Below, in pieces: positions 20,198 to 28,908 of a DNA stretch of 64,000 nucleotides; position 1 is the stretch's first letter; every line of letters begins with the position of its first letter. The translations under genes and the position numbers were made by a program. Origin of the DNA: an uncultured Chloroflexia bacterium (GTDB lineage: Bacteria > Chloroflexota > Anaerolineae > Anaerolineales > UBA11858); NCBI GenBank assembly GCA_963695575.1, contig CAVOGS010000014.1, positions 328,114 to 392,113 of the forward strand. The letters run 5' to 3'. A model generated the notes under the pieces. It saw only the letters and a list, made by a program, of their open reading frames with translations, made no database searches and was not told where the DNA came from.

Positions 20198-20530
20198 ATG
20201 AAAATTGCTAAAGTTTTAACCCTGCTGGGTGTGCTGGCAATGACTGCGGTCCTGGTTTATGGTTTTACCGCCGGAAATTTCTCTGTGGATGGGGGAAAGA
20301 TCCTCCAGAATCCCTGGGGAATCGTTTCCCTGGTGGATCTTTATACTGGGTTTTTCCTGTTCTCAGCCTGGATACTCTTCCGGGAAGGATTTACCGTGAA
20401 ATCCGTTGTCTGGGTGGTATTGATGATGGTCCTGGGATTTTTTACAGCCAGTTTATATGCCCTGATCGCTCTTTATCAGAGCGATGGGGATTGGCAAAAG
20501 TTCTGGATGGGAACCCGAGTACATGAATAG
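20198..20530 (+). CDS. Small membrane protein (possibly DUF1475-like)
   Basis: 110 aa; NPWGIVSLVDLYTGFFLFSAWILFRE. The family call is tentative. Confidence 0.5.
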   Translation: MKIAKVLTLLGVLAMTAVLVYGFTAGNFSVDGGKILQNPWGIVSLVDLYTGFFLFSAWILFREGFTVKSVVWVVLMMVLGFFTASLYALIALYQSDGDWQKFWMGTRVHE

Positions 20531-21200
20531 AATTAAAGAGCTGCAAGATGAGTTAAGAACCGTCTTCGCCGGCAGGGGCCTAAAATTGCTTGATGTAATT
20601 TTGCCCCTGCTGGTATTTTTAGGGTTCAATCCCTGGGTTGGACTGATACCAGCCTTGCTGGCTTCGATTGGAACAGCAGTCCTCTTCTTTGTAATTCGAA
20701 TTATTAAAAAAGACAATTTAGTCTATGCGCTGAGCGGCTTGTTGGCAGTTTTGCTTGCCGCAGGATTTGCAGTGTTGAGTGATTCTGGGGTGGGATTTTT
20801 CCTGCCTGGATTGATTTCCGGCGCCTTAACTGTGCTGCTTTGTTTGGGGAGCATCTTACTTAAAAAACCGCTGGCAGCGCTTTCCAGCCATCTCACCCGC
20901 AGCTGGCCTCTTGCCTGGTATTGGCACGATAGGATCAGGCCGGCATATTCAGAGGTTACCCTGTTCTGGGCGCTGGGATTTGGGTTGAGGTTGGGCTTGG
21001 AATCCTGGTTCTATTTTGCTGGTTCAGTTTCATCTCTGGGACTGATAAGGACATTGATGGGGTGGCCTTATACGATCTTGCTTTTAGTGCTCAGTTATCT
21101 GTACGGGATGTGGCGTTTGGGAGTATTGGCAGGGCCAAGTGTGGAAGAATTTCAAGCTGAGAAACCTGAACCCTGGATGGGGCAAAAAAAAGGGTTTTAA
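20523..21200 (+). CDS. Hypothetical polytopic membrane protein
   Basis: ORF 20484..21200. I prefer the internal ATG 20523 (MNRIKELQ...), which overlaps the upstream stop by 8 nt. About 6 hydrophobic helices. Confidence 0.5.
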   Translation: MNRIKELQDELRTVFAGRGLKLLDVILPLLVFLGFNPWVGLIPALLASIGTAVLFFVIRIIKKDNLVYALSGLLAVLLAAGFAVLSDSGVGFFLPGLISGALTVLLCLGSILLKKPLAALSSHLTRSWPLAWYWHDRIRPAYSEVTLFWALGFGLRLGLESWFYFAGSVSSLGLIRTLMGWPYTILLLVLSYLYGMWRLGVLAGPSVEEFQAEKPEPWMGQKKGF

Positions 21201-21368
21201 CCAAACAGTAATAATTCTTGTCGAGTATTGACTAAATGAAGAGACCCTTACTAACCCTGATTGTCTTGATTAAAAGGGGACATATATCCTTTAAGCGGAA
21301 CCTTGTCCCCTGATTTGGTAAGATAGAGTTCATTAATGTATATCTAAATTCAACAGGTAGGTTTAAGG

Positions 21369-22373
21369 ATGATCCGCAATCAGTGGTATGTTGTTCTGGA
21401 ATCAAACCAGGTCCGAAAAAAACCGATTGGCGTGACACGCCTGGGCGAAAAACTGGTTTTTTGGCGGGACACGGCTGGAAAGGTCAACTGCGCTGTTGAT
21501 CGCTGTCCTCATCGGGGGATCTCATTAAGCCTTGGACAGGTCCACGATGATCATTTGCAGTGCCCCTTTCACGGGTTTGAATATGATAACAGCGGCCGGT
21601 GTGTCTATGTCCCTGCCAATGGCAGAGCTGGGAGAATACCATCCTCGCTGCTTTTGTCATCATATCCAACCCATGAGGAGCAGGGTTTTATCTGGATCTG
21701 GTGGGGACATCAGCCCCTGGAAAATTTACAGCCCCCTGTGTTCTTCGATAATCTGGATCAGTCTTTTGTATACAGCACTGTCCAGGATCCATGGAAAAGC
21801 CATTACTCGCGGGCGATTGAAAATCAGTTAGATGTTGTGCATCTTCCTTTTATTCACCATAATACAATTGGCCGGGGAAATAAAACCGTTATTGATGGTC
21901 CGCTGGTGACTTGGGAAGGTGACCAGAAATTACTGGTTTATGTATTCAATCGACTGGATGACGGTTCTCCACCAAAAAAACCCGCTGACCTCAGTTTGAA
22001 GGAAGCCCGGAGTGTTCATTTGGAATTTATAATGCCCAATCTCTGGCAAAACTTCATCAGTGATGATGTCCGGGTTGTGATCGCTTTTACACCTGTTGAT
22101 GAAAATAACTCGATCTTGTACCTGCGCTTTTACCAGAAATTTGTTCGTTTTCCATTCCTGGGCAAGCTGATAACCTGGTTTGGCATGCCGATGAACTTAA
22201 TTATCGCACACCAGGATCGCCGGGTGGTTATCACCCACAAACCTCAACCAAGTTCTTTTAAATCTGATGAAAAATTGATTCAGGGGGACCTGCCAATCAT
22301 CGAATATCGGAAAAAACGATCCGATTTGAAAGCCCTGGCACTGGAGCTAAAAAATAATGATCAACAGAACTGA
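21369..22373 (+). CDS. Rieske [2Fe-2S] domain non-haem-iron oxygenase family protein
   Basis: CPHRGISLSLG...CPFHGFEY Rieske ligands (CxH...CxxH). The C-terminal catalytic-like domain has DVVHLPFIHH. Confidence 0.8.
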   Translation: MIRNQWYVVLESNQVRKKPIGVTRLGEKLVFWRDTAGKVNCAVDRCPHRGISLSLGQVHDDHLQCPFHGFEYDNSGRCVYVPANGRAGRIPSSLLLSSYPTHEEQGFIWIWWGHQPLENLQPPVFFDNLDQSFVYSTVQDPWKSHYSRAIENQLDVVHLPFIHHNTIGRGNKTVIDGPLVTWEGDQKLLVYVFNRLDDGSPPKKPADLSLKEARSVHLEFIMPNLWQNFISDDVRVVIAFTPVDENNSILYLRFYQKFVRFPFLGKLITWFGMPMNLIIAHQDRRVVITHKPQPSSFKSDEKLIQGDLPIIEYRKKRSDLKALALELKNNDQQN

Positions 22374-23841
22374 GATGAAGGTCCTCGTTACGGGCGCTAC
22401 CGGTTACATCGGGGGAAGATTGGTTCCGGCATTGCTGGAAGAAGGCTATCAGGTCAGGGTATTGGTCCGGGATCCAGAACGGCTGGCAGGCAGAAGTTGG
22501 CTGACGTCTGTTGAGGTCGTTAAGGGGGATGTTCTGCAGATCGAAACCCTGCATTCAGCCCTGAAAGATATTACCGCAGCATATTATCTGATACACAGCA
22601 TGGCAAGTGGCGCTGATTTTCACCAGCGAGATTTGCTGGCTGCCAAGAACTTCAGCAATGCTGCAAAAATAGCAGATGTAAAACAGATCATCTATCTGGG
22701 CGGCCTGGGCGACTATCAAGCTGACTTATCGGAACATCTAAAGTCCCGCCAGGAAACAGGGAAAGTGTTGGCTCAATCAGGGGTTCCGGTAACTGAATTT
22801 CGGGCTGCCGTCATTGTTGGCTCTGGAAGCATTTCGTTTGAAATGATCCGTTATCTTACCGAAAGAGTGCCGGTGATGATCTGTCCGAAGTGGGTCTTTA
22901 CAAAAACCCAACCCATCGCACTCAAGGACGTATTGGCTTACCTGCTGGCAGCCCTGACTACTCCCGGTTCACTTAATCAGATCATCGAAATTGGCGGCAA
23001 AGATGTGATTACATACGGCAAGATGATGCTTGGGTACGCTGAGGGTCGAGGATTAAAAAGGATCCTTGTTCCAGTACCCTTCCTTACTCCAAAACTTTCG
23101 GCATATTGGGTGCATTGGGTCACTCCTGTCTCAGCAGAGATCGCTCATGCGCTGGTTGAAGGACTGAGAAATGAAGTGCTGGTTACTGACCCTTCAGCCG
23201 CTAAGATCTTTCCCCAAATTGATCCTGTTGACTATCAAACAGCCGTTCAAATTGCCCTAGAAAAATTGGCTGCATCTGAAGTGGAAACCCGTTGGACGGA
23301 TTCTCTCACTTCGAGTTTAGGAAAACAAGATCCAGTCCAATTAACCAGCCTGGAGGGTTTGATCATTGAAAACCGCCAGATTAACATAAAAGCGGGGAAT
23401 GGTGAGGTATTCCGGACTTTAACAAGGTTAGGCGGTGAGAAGGGCTGGCTGTATTTCAATTGGGCCTGGCAAATTCGCGGCCTGATCGACCGTGCCATGG
23501 GTGGAGTTGGCCTGCGCAGAGGCAGGAGGGATGAAAATGAACTGCGTGTCGGGGATGCGCTGGATTTTTGGCGGGTCGAGGAGATCCTTGCGGATAAAAA
23601 GCTTCGGTTGCGCTCAGAAATGATCACCCCGGGAGAAGCATGGCTTCAGTATGATCTGGAGAGCGGGGAGGTTGGTGAGGTTAATTTGCGGCAGACAGCA
23701 TATTTTGCACCCAAAGGTTTACCGGGATTATTATACTGGTATGTGTTGTATCCCATTCACGCTTTGGTTTTCTCAGGTCTGATCCGGGGAATAAAGGATA
23801 AAACTGAAAAAAACCAGAGAAATAGGAGGGACATTGCCTGA
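22357..23841 (+). CDS. NAD(P)-binding SDR/NmrA-like protein fused to a DUF2867 domain
   Basis: KVLVTGATGYIGGRLVPALLEEGYQVRVLVRD. The C-terminus (WRVEEI...LRLRSEMITPGEAWLQY) resembles DUF2867. Confidence 0.7.
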   Translation: MINRTEMKVLVTGATGYIGGRLVPALLEEGYQVRVLVRDPERLAGRSWLTSVEVVKGDVLQIETLHSALKDITAAYYLIHSMASGADFHQRDLLAAKNFSNAAKIADVKQIIYLGGLGDYQADLSEHLKSRQETGKVLAQSGVPVTEFRAAVIVGSGSISFEMIRYLTERVPVMICPKWVFTKTQPIALKDVLAYLLAALTTPGSLNQIIEIGGKDVITYGKMMLGYAEGRGLKRILVPVPFLTPKLSAYWVHWVTPVSAEIAHALVEGLRNEVLVTDPSAAKIFPQIDPVDYQTAVQIALEKLAASEVETRWTDSLTSSLGKQDPVQLTSLEGLIIENRQINIKAGNGEVFRTLTRLGGEKGWLYFNWAWQIRGLIDRAMGGVGLRRGRRDENELRVGDALDFWRVEEILADKKLRLRSEMITPGEAWLQYDLESGEVGEVNLRQTAYFAPKGLPGLLYWYVLYPIHALVFSGLIRGIKDKTEKNQRNRRDIA

Positions 23842-24301
23842 TCTAAAGGAATATAAGGATTTTCTGGAAAATGTTAAGATACCTATTCGTTTGGCTGTTA
23901 AGACCGAGTCCGGATGGCCAATGATGCTTTCGCTTTGGTTTATTTATGTGGATGGGTCTTTATACTGCGCAACTCGTAAACAAGCTCGGGTAGTAGCATA
24001 CATACTGAATAATGAGGAATGTGCTTTTGAAATAGCCGGGGATCAGCCGCCTTATTGTGGAATTCGAGGGCAGGCCCGGGCCAGTATTGACCAGCAGCGC
24101 GGTCTAGAAATTCTGGAATTGCTTTTGGATAGATATTTGGGGGGGCGGGATAACAACCTGGCTGAAACGCTACTCAAAAATAGTTCTGATGAGGTCGCAA
24201 TCCGATTGGATCCTATTAATCTATTCACCTGGAACTTTTCAGCCAGAATGAAGGACGTTGGTCCAGGACCAGATTTATTGAATGTGAAAGTGTGTCCCTG
24301 A
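23834..24301 (+). CDS. Pyridoxamine-5'-phosphate-oxidase-like (split-barrel flavin-binding) protein
   Basis: 155 aa. TTG start preceded by AGGAGGG. The overall pattern fits the PPOX fold; the call is tentative. Confidence 0.45.
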   Translation: MPDLKEYKDFLENVKIPIRLAVKTESGWPMMLSLWFIYVDGSLYCATRKQARVVAYILNNEECAFEIAGDQPPYCGIRGQARASIDQQRGLEILELLLDRYLGGRDNNLAETLLKNSSDEVAIRLDPINLFTWNFSARMKDVGPGPDLLNVKVCP

Positions 24302-24349
24302 TGGGAATAGAGGGAAACAATCAACTATGATTATTTACAGGAAGGCACT

Positions 24350-24832
24350 ATGCCCAGAGTTGACTTGAATGTCATTGCACCGGACTTTTCTCTTGAAGCC
24401 TGGGATGGTAAAGCGGTCAATCTATCAGATTTTAAATCTGAAAAGAATGTACTGTTGGTCTTTAATCGCGGCTTTCTTTGACCGTTCTGCCGCCGGCATA
24501 TGGCGCAGTTGCGCGATGATTTTGATAAGTTCCAGGAATTGGACGCTGAAATAGTAGTGCTTGGCCCCGAGGGCAGAGGGGCTTTTCGAACATATTGGGA
24601 AGAGAATGATCTGCCCTTCATCGGATTGCCTGATCCAACCCATTCAGTGTTGAAGCTTTATGGGCAGAAAGTGAACTTGTTTAAATTTGGGCGTATGCCA
24701 GCCATGGTTATCATCGATCAAGCTGGTATGGTTCGATTTGTGCATTACGGTCATTCCATGTCTGATATCCCAACCAACGCTGATGTGCTTAAAACGCTTC
24801 AAACCCTCAATCAGGAGTCAGTAGAAGTATGA
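24350..24832 (+). CDS. AhpC/TSA (redoxin-fold) peroxiredoxin-like protein with in-frame TGA at the active-site Cys position (candidate selenocysteine, U-P-F-C)
   Basis: ATG 24350 (SD aggaagg, 24338-24344) and the listed ORF 24500..24832 are in the same frame. The only interruption is TGA 24479-24481: ...NVLLVFNRGFL[TGA]PFCRRHMAQLRDDF.... Stem-loops follow within 40 nt. Confidence 0.6.
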
Positions 24833-26184
24833 GCTCTATCTGGTGGATCCGGCGCGATCTGCGCCTTGGTGATAATTTGACCTTCCAAAAAGCGCTGGAG
24901 AATCCGCCAGTTCTGCCTGTGTATATACTCGATCCGCTGCTGATAAAAAACGCACCTGACCGCAGGCTGAATTTCCTGTACCAGAACCTCCAATCCCTTG
25001 CCCAGGAATTACAAGCAAGGGGCAGTAAATTGGTTATCAGGACAGGGAAACCGGTTGAGGTGCTCAAAAACTTACTGGAGGAGACCGGGGCATCTTCTAT
25101 CTATGCAGAAGAGGATTTTACGCCCTATGCTCGTGTGCGAAGTGTTTTAATTGGAAGCTGCCTGCCGCTGAAATTGATCCAGGGCCAGCTCGGTCTTCAT
25201 CCTCTGGAGGCCCGTAAAGCAAATGACAAACCTTATCGGGTTTTCACGCCATTCAAGAGAAATTGGCTGGGTATCAATCCCACCATCGACTTGCTGCCTG
25301 TCCCTGATCAGATCCCGACCATCGAAGGTATTCTTTCGGATCTGATCCCAAGTGGAAAAGATGAACCTCTTTTTCCGGCCAGTGAAGAAGCGGCCCGCCA
25401 GCGCTTGGAAAAATTCATTCGCACCAAAATAGATTTTTACCATCTTAATCGGGATCGGATGGACTTGGATGGCTCCTCAAATTTATCGCCATATATCCGA
25501 TTCGGCGTTTTGGGATTGAGGACAGCACTGCACTACGGCATGAAGATGCTGCATGATGTGAACAGCAGGAAAAACTACGAAGGGGTTCAAACCTGGTTAA
25601 GTGAATTATTATGGCGTGAATTTTATATTCATATCATGTTCCATTTTCCCGAATCAAGAACTCAGAATTTCCGTTCTTTATATGATCAACTTCCCTGGAG
25701 GAATAAGGAGGCGGATTTCCAGGCCTGGAAGGATGGCCTGACCGGGTATCCTGTAGTGGATGCCGGTATGCGGCAGTTAAAACAGACCGGCTGGATGCAT
25801 AATAGAGCAAGAATGATCACAGCATCTTTTCTTGTCAAGGATCTGCTTGTTGATTGGCGCTGGGGTGAAAAATGGTTTCAAGAAACCCTGCTTGATGGGG
25901 ATCTGGCAGTCAATAATGGAAGCTGGCAATGGGTGGCTGGAACAGGTACAGATGCCGCACCCTTTTTCAGGATCTTTAACCCTGTCCGCCAAAGCAGAAA
26001 ATTCGATCCAACCACTAAATATATTCGGAAATGGGTTCCTGAATTAGACCATCTGGATAATGATGATATTCACGCCCCCTGGGAGAAAAGAATTAAAGTG
26101 CCAGGATATCCATCCCCGATCGTTGATCATAAAATTTCGCGGGAGCGGGCTCTGCTTGCCTATCGTATAGCCAGCGGTGATTAA
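24829..26184 (+). CDS. phr: Deoxyribodipyrimidine (CPD) photolyase, class I type
   Basis: IWWIRRDLRLGDN at the N-terminus. FAD-binding region TGYPVVDAGMRQLKQTGWMHNRARMITASFLVKDL...DGDLAVNNGSWQWVAGTGTDAAPFFRIFNP. The start overlaps the preceding stop (ATGA). Confidence 0.9.
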   Translation: MSSIWWIRRDLRLGDNLTFQKALENPPVLPVYILDPLLIKNAPDRRLNFLYQNLQSLAQELQARGSKLVIRTGKPVEVLKNLLEETGASSIYAEEDFTPYARVRSVLIGSCLPLKLIQGQLGLHPLEARKANDKPYRVFTPFKRNWLGINPTIDLLPVPDQIPTIEGILSDLIPSGKDEPLFPASEEAARQRLEKFIRTKIDFYHLNRDRMDLDGSSNLSPYIRFGVLGLRTALHYGMKMLHDVNSRKNYEGVQTWLSELLWREFYIHIMFHFPESRTQNFRSLYDQLPWRNKEADFQAWKDGLTGYPVVDAGMRQLKQTGWMHNRARMITASFLVKDLLVDWRWGEKWFQETLLDGDLAVNNGSWQWVAGTGTDAAPFFRIFNPVRQSRKFDPTTKYIRKWVPELDHLDNDDIHAPWEKRIKVPGYPSPIVDHKISRERALLAYRIASGD

Positions 26185-26505
26185 GCAGTTGAACGGGTAG
26201 AAAATATATCTCACTTCAGCTTATCAACATCTTTGTGGTCATCAGGGATGATTGAGCAAGATAAGCGTAAATGAATAGAGAGATTATCTAAGGGTTCTCT
26301 GATTACTCAAATCCCGATCTGATTTTTCCTGAAAGTCCACATCTAAAAATGAATTATTTAAGGAAGGCTCTGAGAAACAGTCATCAGGCTTTAATGGGCA
26401 TGTGACAGTGAAAGGTGATTTTCTTCATGTTTGATTGAATTTCAAAGAAGATGTTTTTTCTTATTGTATAATTCCCCATTGATAATCATCAAAAAATAAT
26501 TAGAT

Positions 26506-27943
26506 ATGAATCATGAAGGACTTTATATGTCTGAATTAATGGACCTGACAGCAGAGTATCAAAATGTCTGGAATAAGGTAAACGAGATGATGGATGTCAG
26601 TTATGGATGTGCTGAATCCTTTGTCGCTGCTGTTGGGGAATACCTCTGGGGAGATGTGGATGATTCCATCAAGATGATCTCCACGGGTTTCAGCGGGGGA
26701 GTGGGCGGGAGCCATGAAGAACTTTGTGGCGGCGTAAGCGGCGCAGCCATTATTATTGGTTTGTTATATGGTAGAACCACTAATGATGAAGCGATGATGG
26801 TGAAGTGCAAACGATTGATCTCCGAACACAGAGATCGATTCGTTCAGGAATTTGGAACAACAACCTGTCAGGAATTACGTGATGCGGAGTTTGGTTCGGA
26901 TGAAAAGAATCCCTGTTCAGCATTGATCGCTCCAGCTGCATTTATGCTGCTGGATATCCTGGAAGAAGAAAAAGAAAGGGAAAAATTGGCTGTTGAATTG
27001 GCAAATCATGTGGAATGCGCTGATGTCCTGCCCCTTAATGAGTTTAAAGAACAGTTTCAGGAAGGTAGCCTTGAAGTGTTGTTGGCAGAGTTGGAGCGGA
27101 TTGATCTGCCGCACGATCACCGTAATTGGATCGGCGATCAGATCAACAAGCTTGGGGATGGCCGGGAAGGAATAGGTATATTGACTGACAATCTCCCTGA
27201 TATTAAGTTTTTACCTGTTCCTGGAGGGAGCCTGGAAATTGAAAGGGCAGGTAAATTTGATGTAAATGAGTTTTTGATATCAAAATACCCAATCACATCC
27301 TTGCAGTTCGAGGTTTTTCTCGACGATCCAGATGGTTTCAAGAATCCGGAGTGGTGGGAAAGCCTGGGGGTTAAATCAGAACAATTGGCTGGAGCGGGAG
27401 AGCAAAGATTCAGAAGTGAGAATTACCCCCGGGATAATGTGAGTTGGTTTGATGCGGTTGCATTTTGTCGCTGGCTGAATCACCAATTACTAACGAAGGA
27501 TGACCGTCGAGATCTGCCGGTCCTTGATTATCATAGAAAATAAGGGTTGGGAGATCCGGCTGCCAACCGAGTGGGAATGGCAAATGGCTGCTACAGGCGG
27601 ACTACCCAACAGGAAATTCCCCTGGGGTCTGGAATGGAATGACAGCCTGGCCCATACAAAACATAATCAGTTGAATAAATCCATGGCGGTTGGAATGTAC
27701 CCCGCTGGTGTCTCGCCAATTGGCGCGCTGGATATGAGCGGCAATGTTTGGGAATGGTGTTTAAATTGTTATGAGAATCCTGAAGACCTGGCTTTGTCCA
27801 GGATGGATCGCCGTGTGTTAAGAGGAGGGTCCTGGTACCATTGGGGCTCCTATGCCCATACCGATATGCGCAGTCGATATTATCCGGATCACCGTTATAA
27901 CGCAGGCGGCTTCAGGGTGGCTTGCGGAAAACCTATAGCATAA
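26506..27943 (+). pseudogene. C_GCAxxG_C_C-family domain fused to a formylglycine-generating-enzyme (FGE-sulfatase/SUMF1) domain, one frameshift
   Basis: N-terminus: SYGCAESFVAAVGEY, LCGGVSGAAIIIG, TTCQELR, NPCSALIAP. C-terminus: NVSWFDAVAFCRWLN | RLPTEWEWQMAA...GNVWEWC...RVLRGGSW...GFRVA, split between ORFs 26506..27543 and 27500..27943. Confidence 0.7.
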
Positions 27944-27971
27944 ATTTCAACAAGAAATCAATATTTAATAA

Positions 27972-27995
27972 TAAGCCAGTTTCCACACTGGCTTA
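27972..27995 (+). terminator. Hairpin downstream of the FGE-fusion gene (possible terminator)
   Basis: TAAGCCAGT-ttccac-ACTGGCTTA, a 9-bp stem. The T tract is weak (AATGCTATTT). Confidence 0.45.
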
Positions 27996-28081
27996 ATGCT
28001 ATTTAAGGCAAAAAGTTAAGAACAAACTTCACTGAATATAAAAATCGAATCCGTAAAAAACGGAATTTCTTTTGGGTAGGG

Positions 28082-28128
28082 TTGATTATTTTTCGATTAG
28101 TCACTATAATGTCCGAACATTAGGACAT
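28082..28128 (+). promoter_or_regulatory. Promoter TTGATT-17-TATAAT with overlapping inverted repeat ATGTCC-N8-GGACAT (candidate GntR operator)
   Basis: -35 at 28082-28087 and -10 at 28105-28110. The inverted repeat at 28109-28128 spans the -10/TSS region just upstream of the GntR gene. Confidence 0.55.
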
Positions 28129-28168
28129 ATTAAGGTTAATTGATCCTGAACACTGACAAGGTCCGGAT

Positions 28169-28900
28169 ATGAAAAATCTGAGCAGGTCCAGCAAAGTACC
28201 TCTTTATTATCAACTTTATGAAATTCTCCATGACCAGATCCAGGATGGTATTTGGCAGCCTGAAGATATGCTGCCAACAGAACTTGAACTGGTCAATAGT
28301 TATGGGCTGAGCAGGGCCACAGTCCGCCAGGCTTTTGATTTGCTTGTGAATGAAGGTTGGGTTTATAGGCGGCGAGGTCAGGGAACTTTTGTCTCCCGAC
28401 CAGTATTTGAGCAGAACATCAACCGGATAGTGAGTTTCTGGGATGACATGCACCAGCGGGGACTGAAACCAGGCACCCAGGTGCTATCAAGTGAGGTCAT
28501 CGAGGCTGCAGAGGATGTTGTTGAATTTCTGGAAATTGAAAAGAACCAGGAACTTGCCAGTCTGGTTCGTTTGAGATTAGCAGATGGGGAACCGCTCAGC
28601 GTAGAGCATTCACTGCTGGTCCACAGCTATTGCCCGGGAGTTCTTGATCAGGATTACGCCAATCGATCACTCAGAAAGATGTTGGCTGATGAATATAACC
28701 TTCACATTACCAATGCCAAACAGAAGATTCGAGCTTTACCCGCAACAAAATATCTGGCAGATCTGCTCAAGATAGATGAAGCTGCACCGCTGCTGCATAT
28801 CGATAGGATCTCCTACACTGAAGATGGAATTCCCATTGAATATTTAAGGATCAATTTAAGGGGAGATCGATATACTTTCCATTCTATTTTGCAGGATTGA
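28169..28900 (+). CDS. GntR/HutC-family transcriptional regulator (wHTH + UTRA)
   Basis: VPLYYQLYEILHDQIQDGIWQPEDMLPTELELVNSYGLSRATVRQAFDLLVNEGWVYRRRGQGTFV; C-terminal UTRA-like domain. Confidence 0.85.
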   Translation: MKNLSRSSKVPLYYQLYEILHDQIQDGIWQPEDMLPTELELVNSYGLSRATVRQAFDLLVNEGWVYRRRGQGTFVSRPVFEQNINRIVSFWDDMHQRGLKPGTQVLSSEVIEAAEDVVEFLEIEKNQELASLVRLRLADGEPLSVEHSLLVHSYCPGVLDQDYANRSLRKMLADEYNLHITNAKQKIRALPATKYLADLLKIDEAAPLLHIDRISYTEDGIPIEYLRINLRGDRYTFHSILQD

Positions 28901-28908
28901 GGAGAGTT

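Noticed and set aside
24331-24643. Minus-strand ORFs 24331..24621 and 24425..24643 as the real genes in the 'gap' before ORF 24500
   Set aside because: They are antisense to a sequence that translates into a textbook redoxin-fold N-terminus on the plus strand. Their products are Ser/Arg/Lys-rich with no domain.
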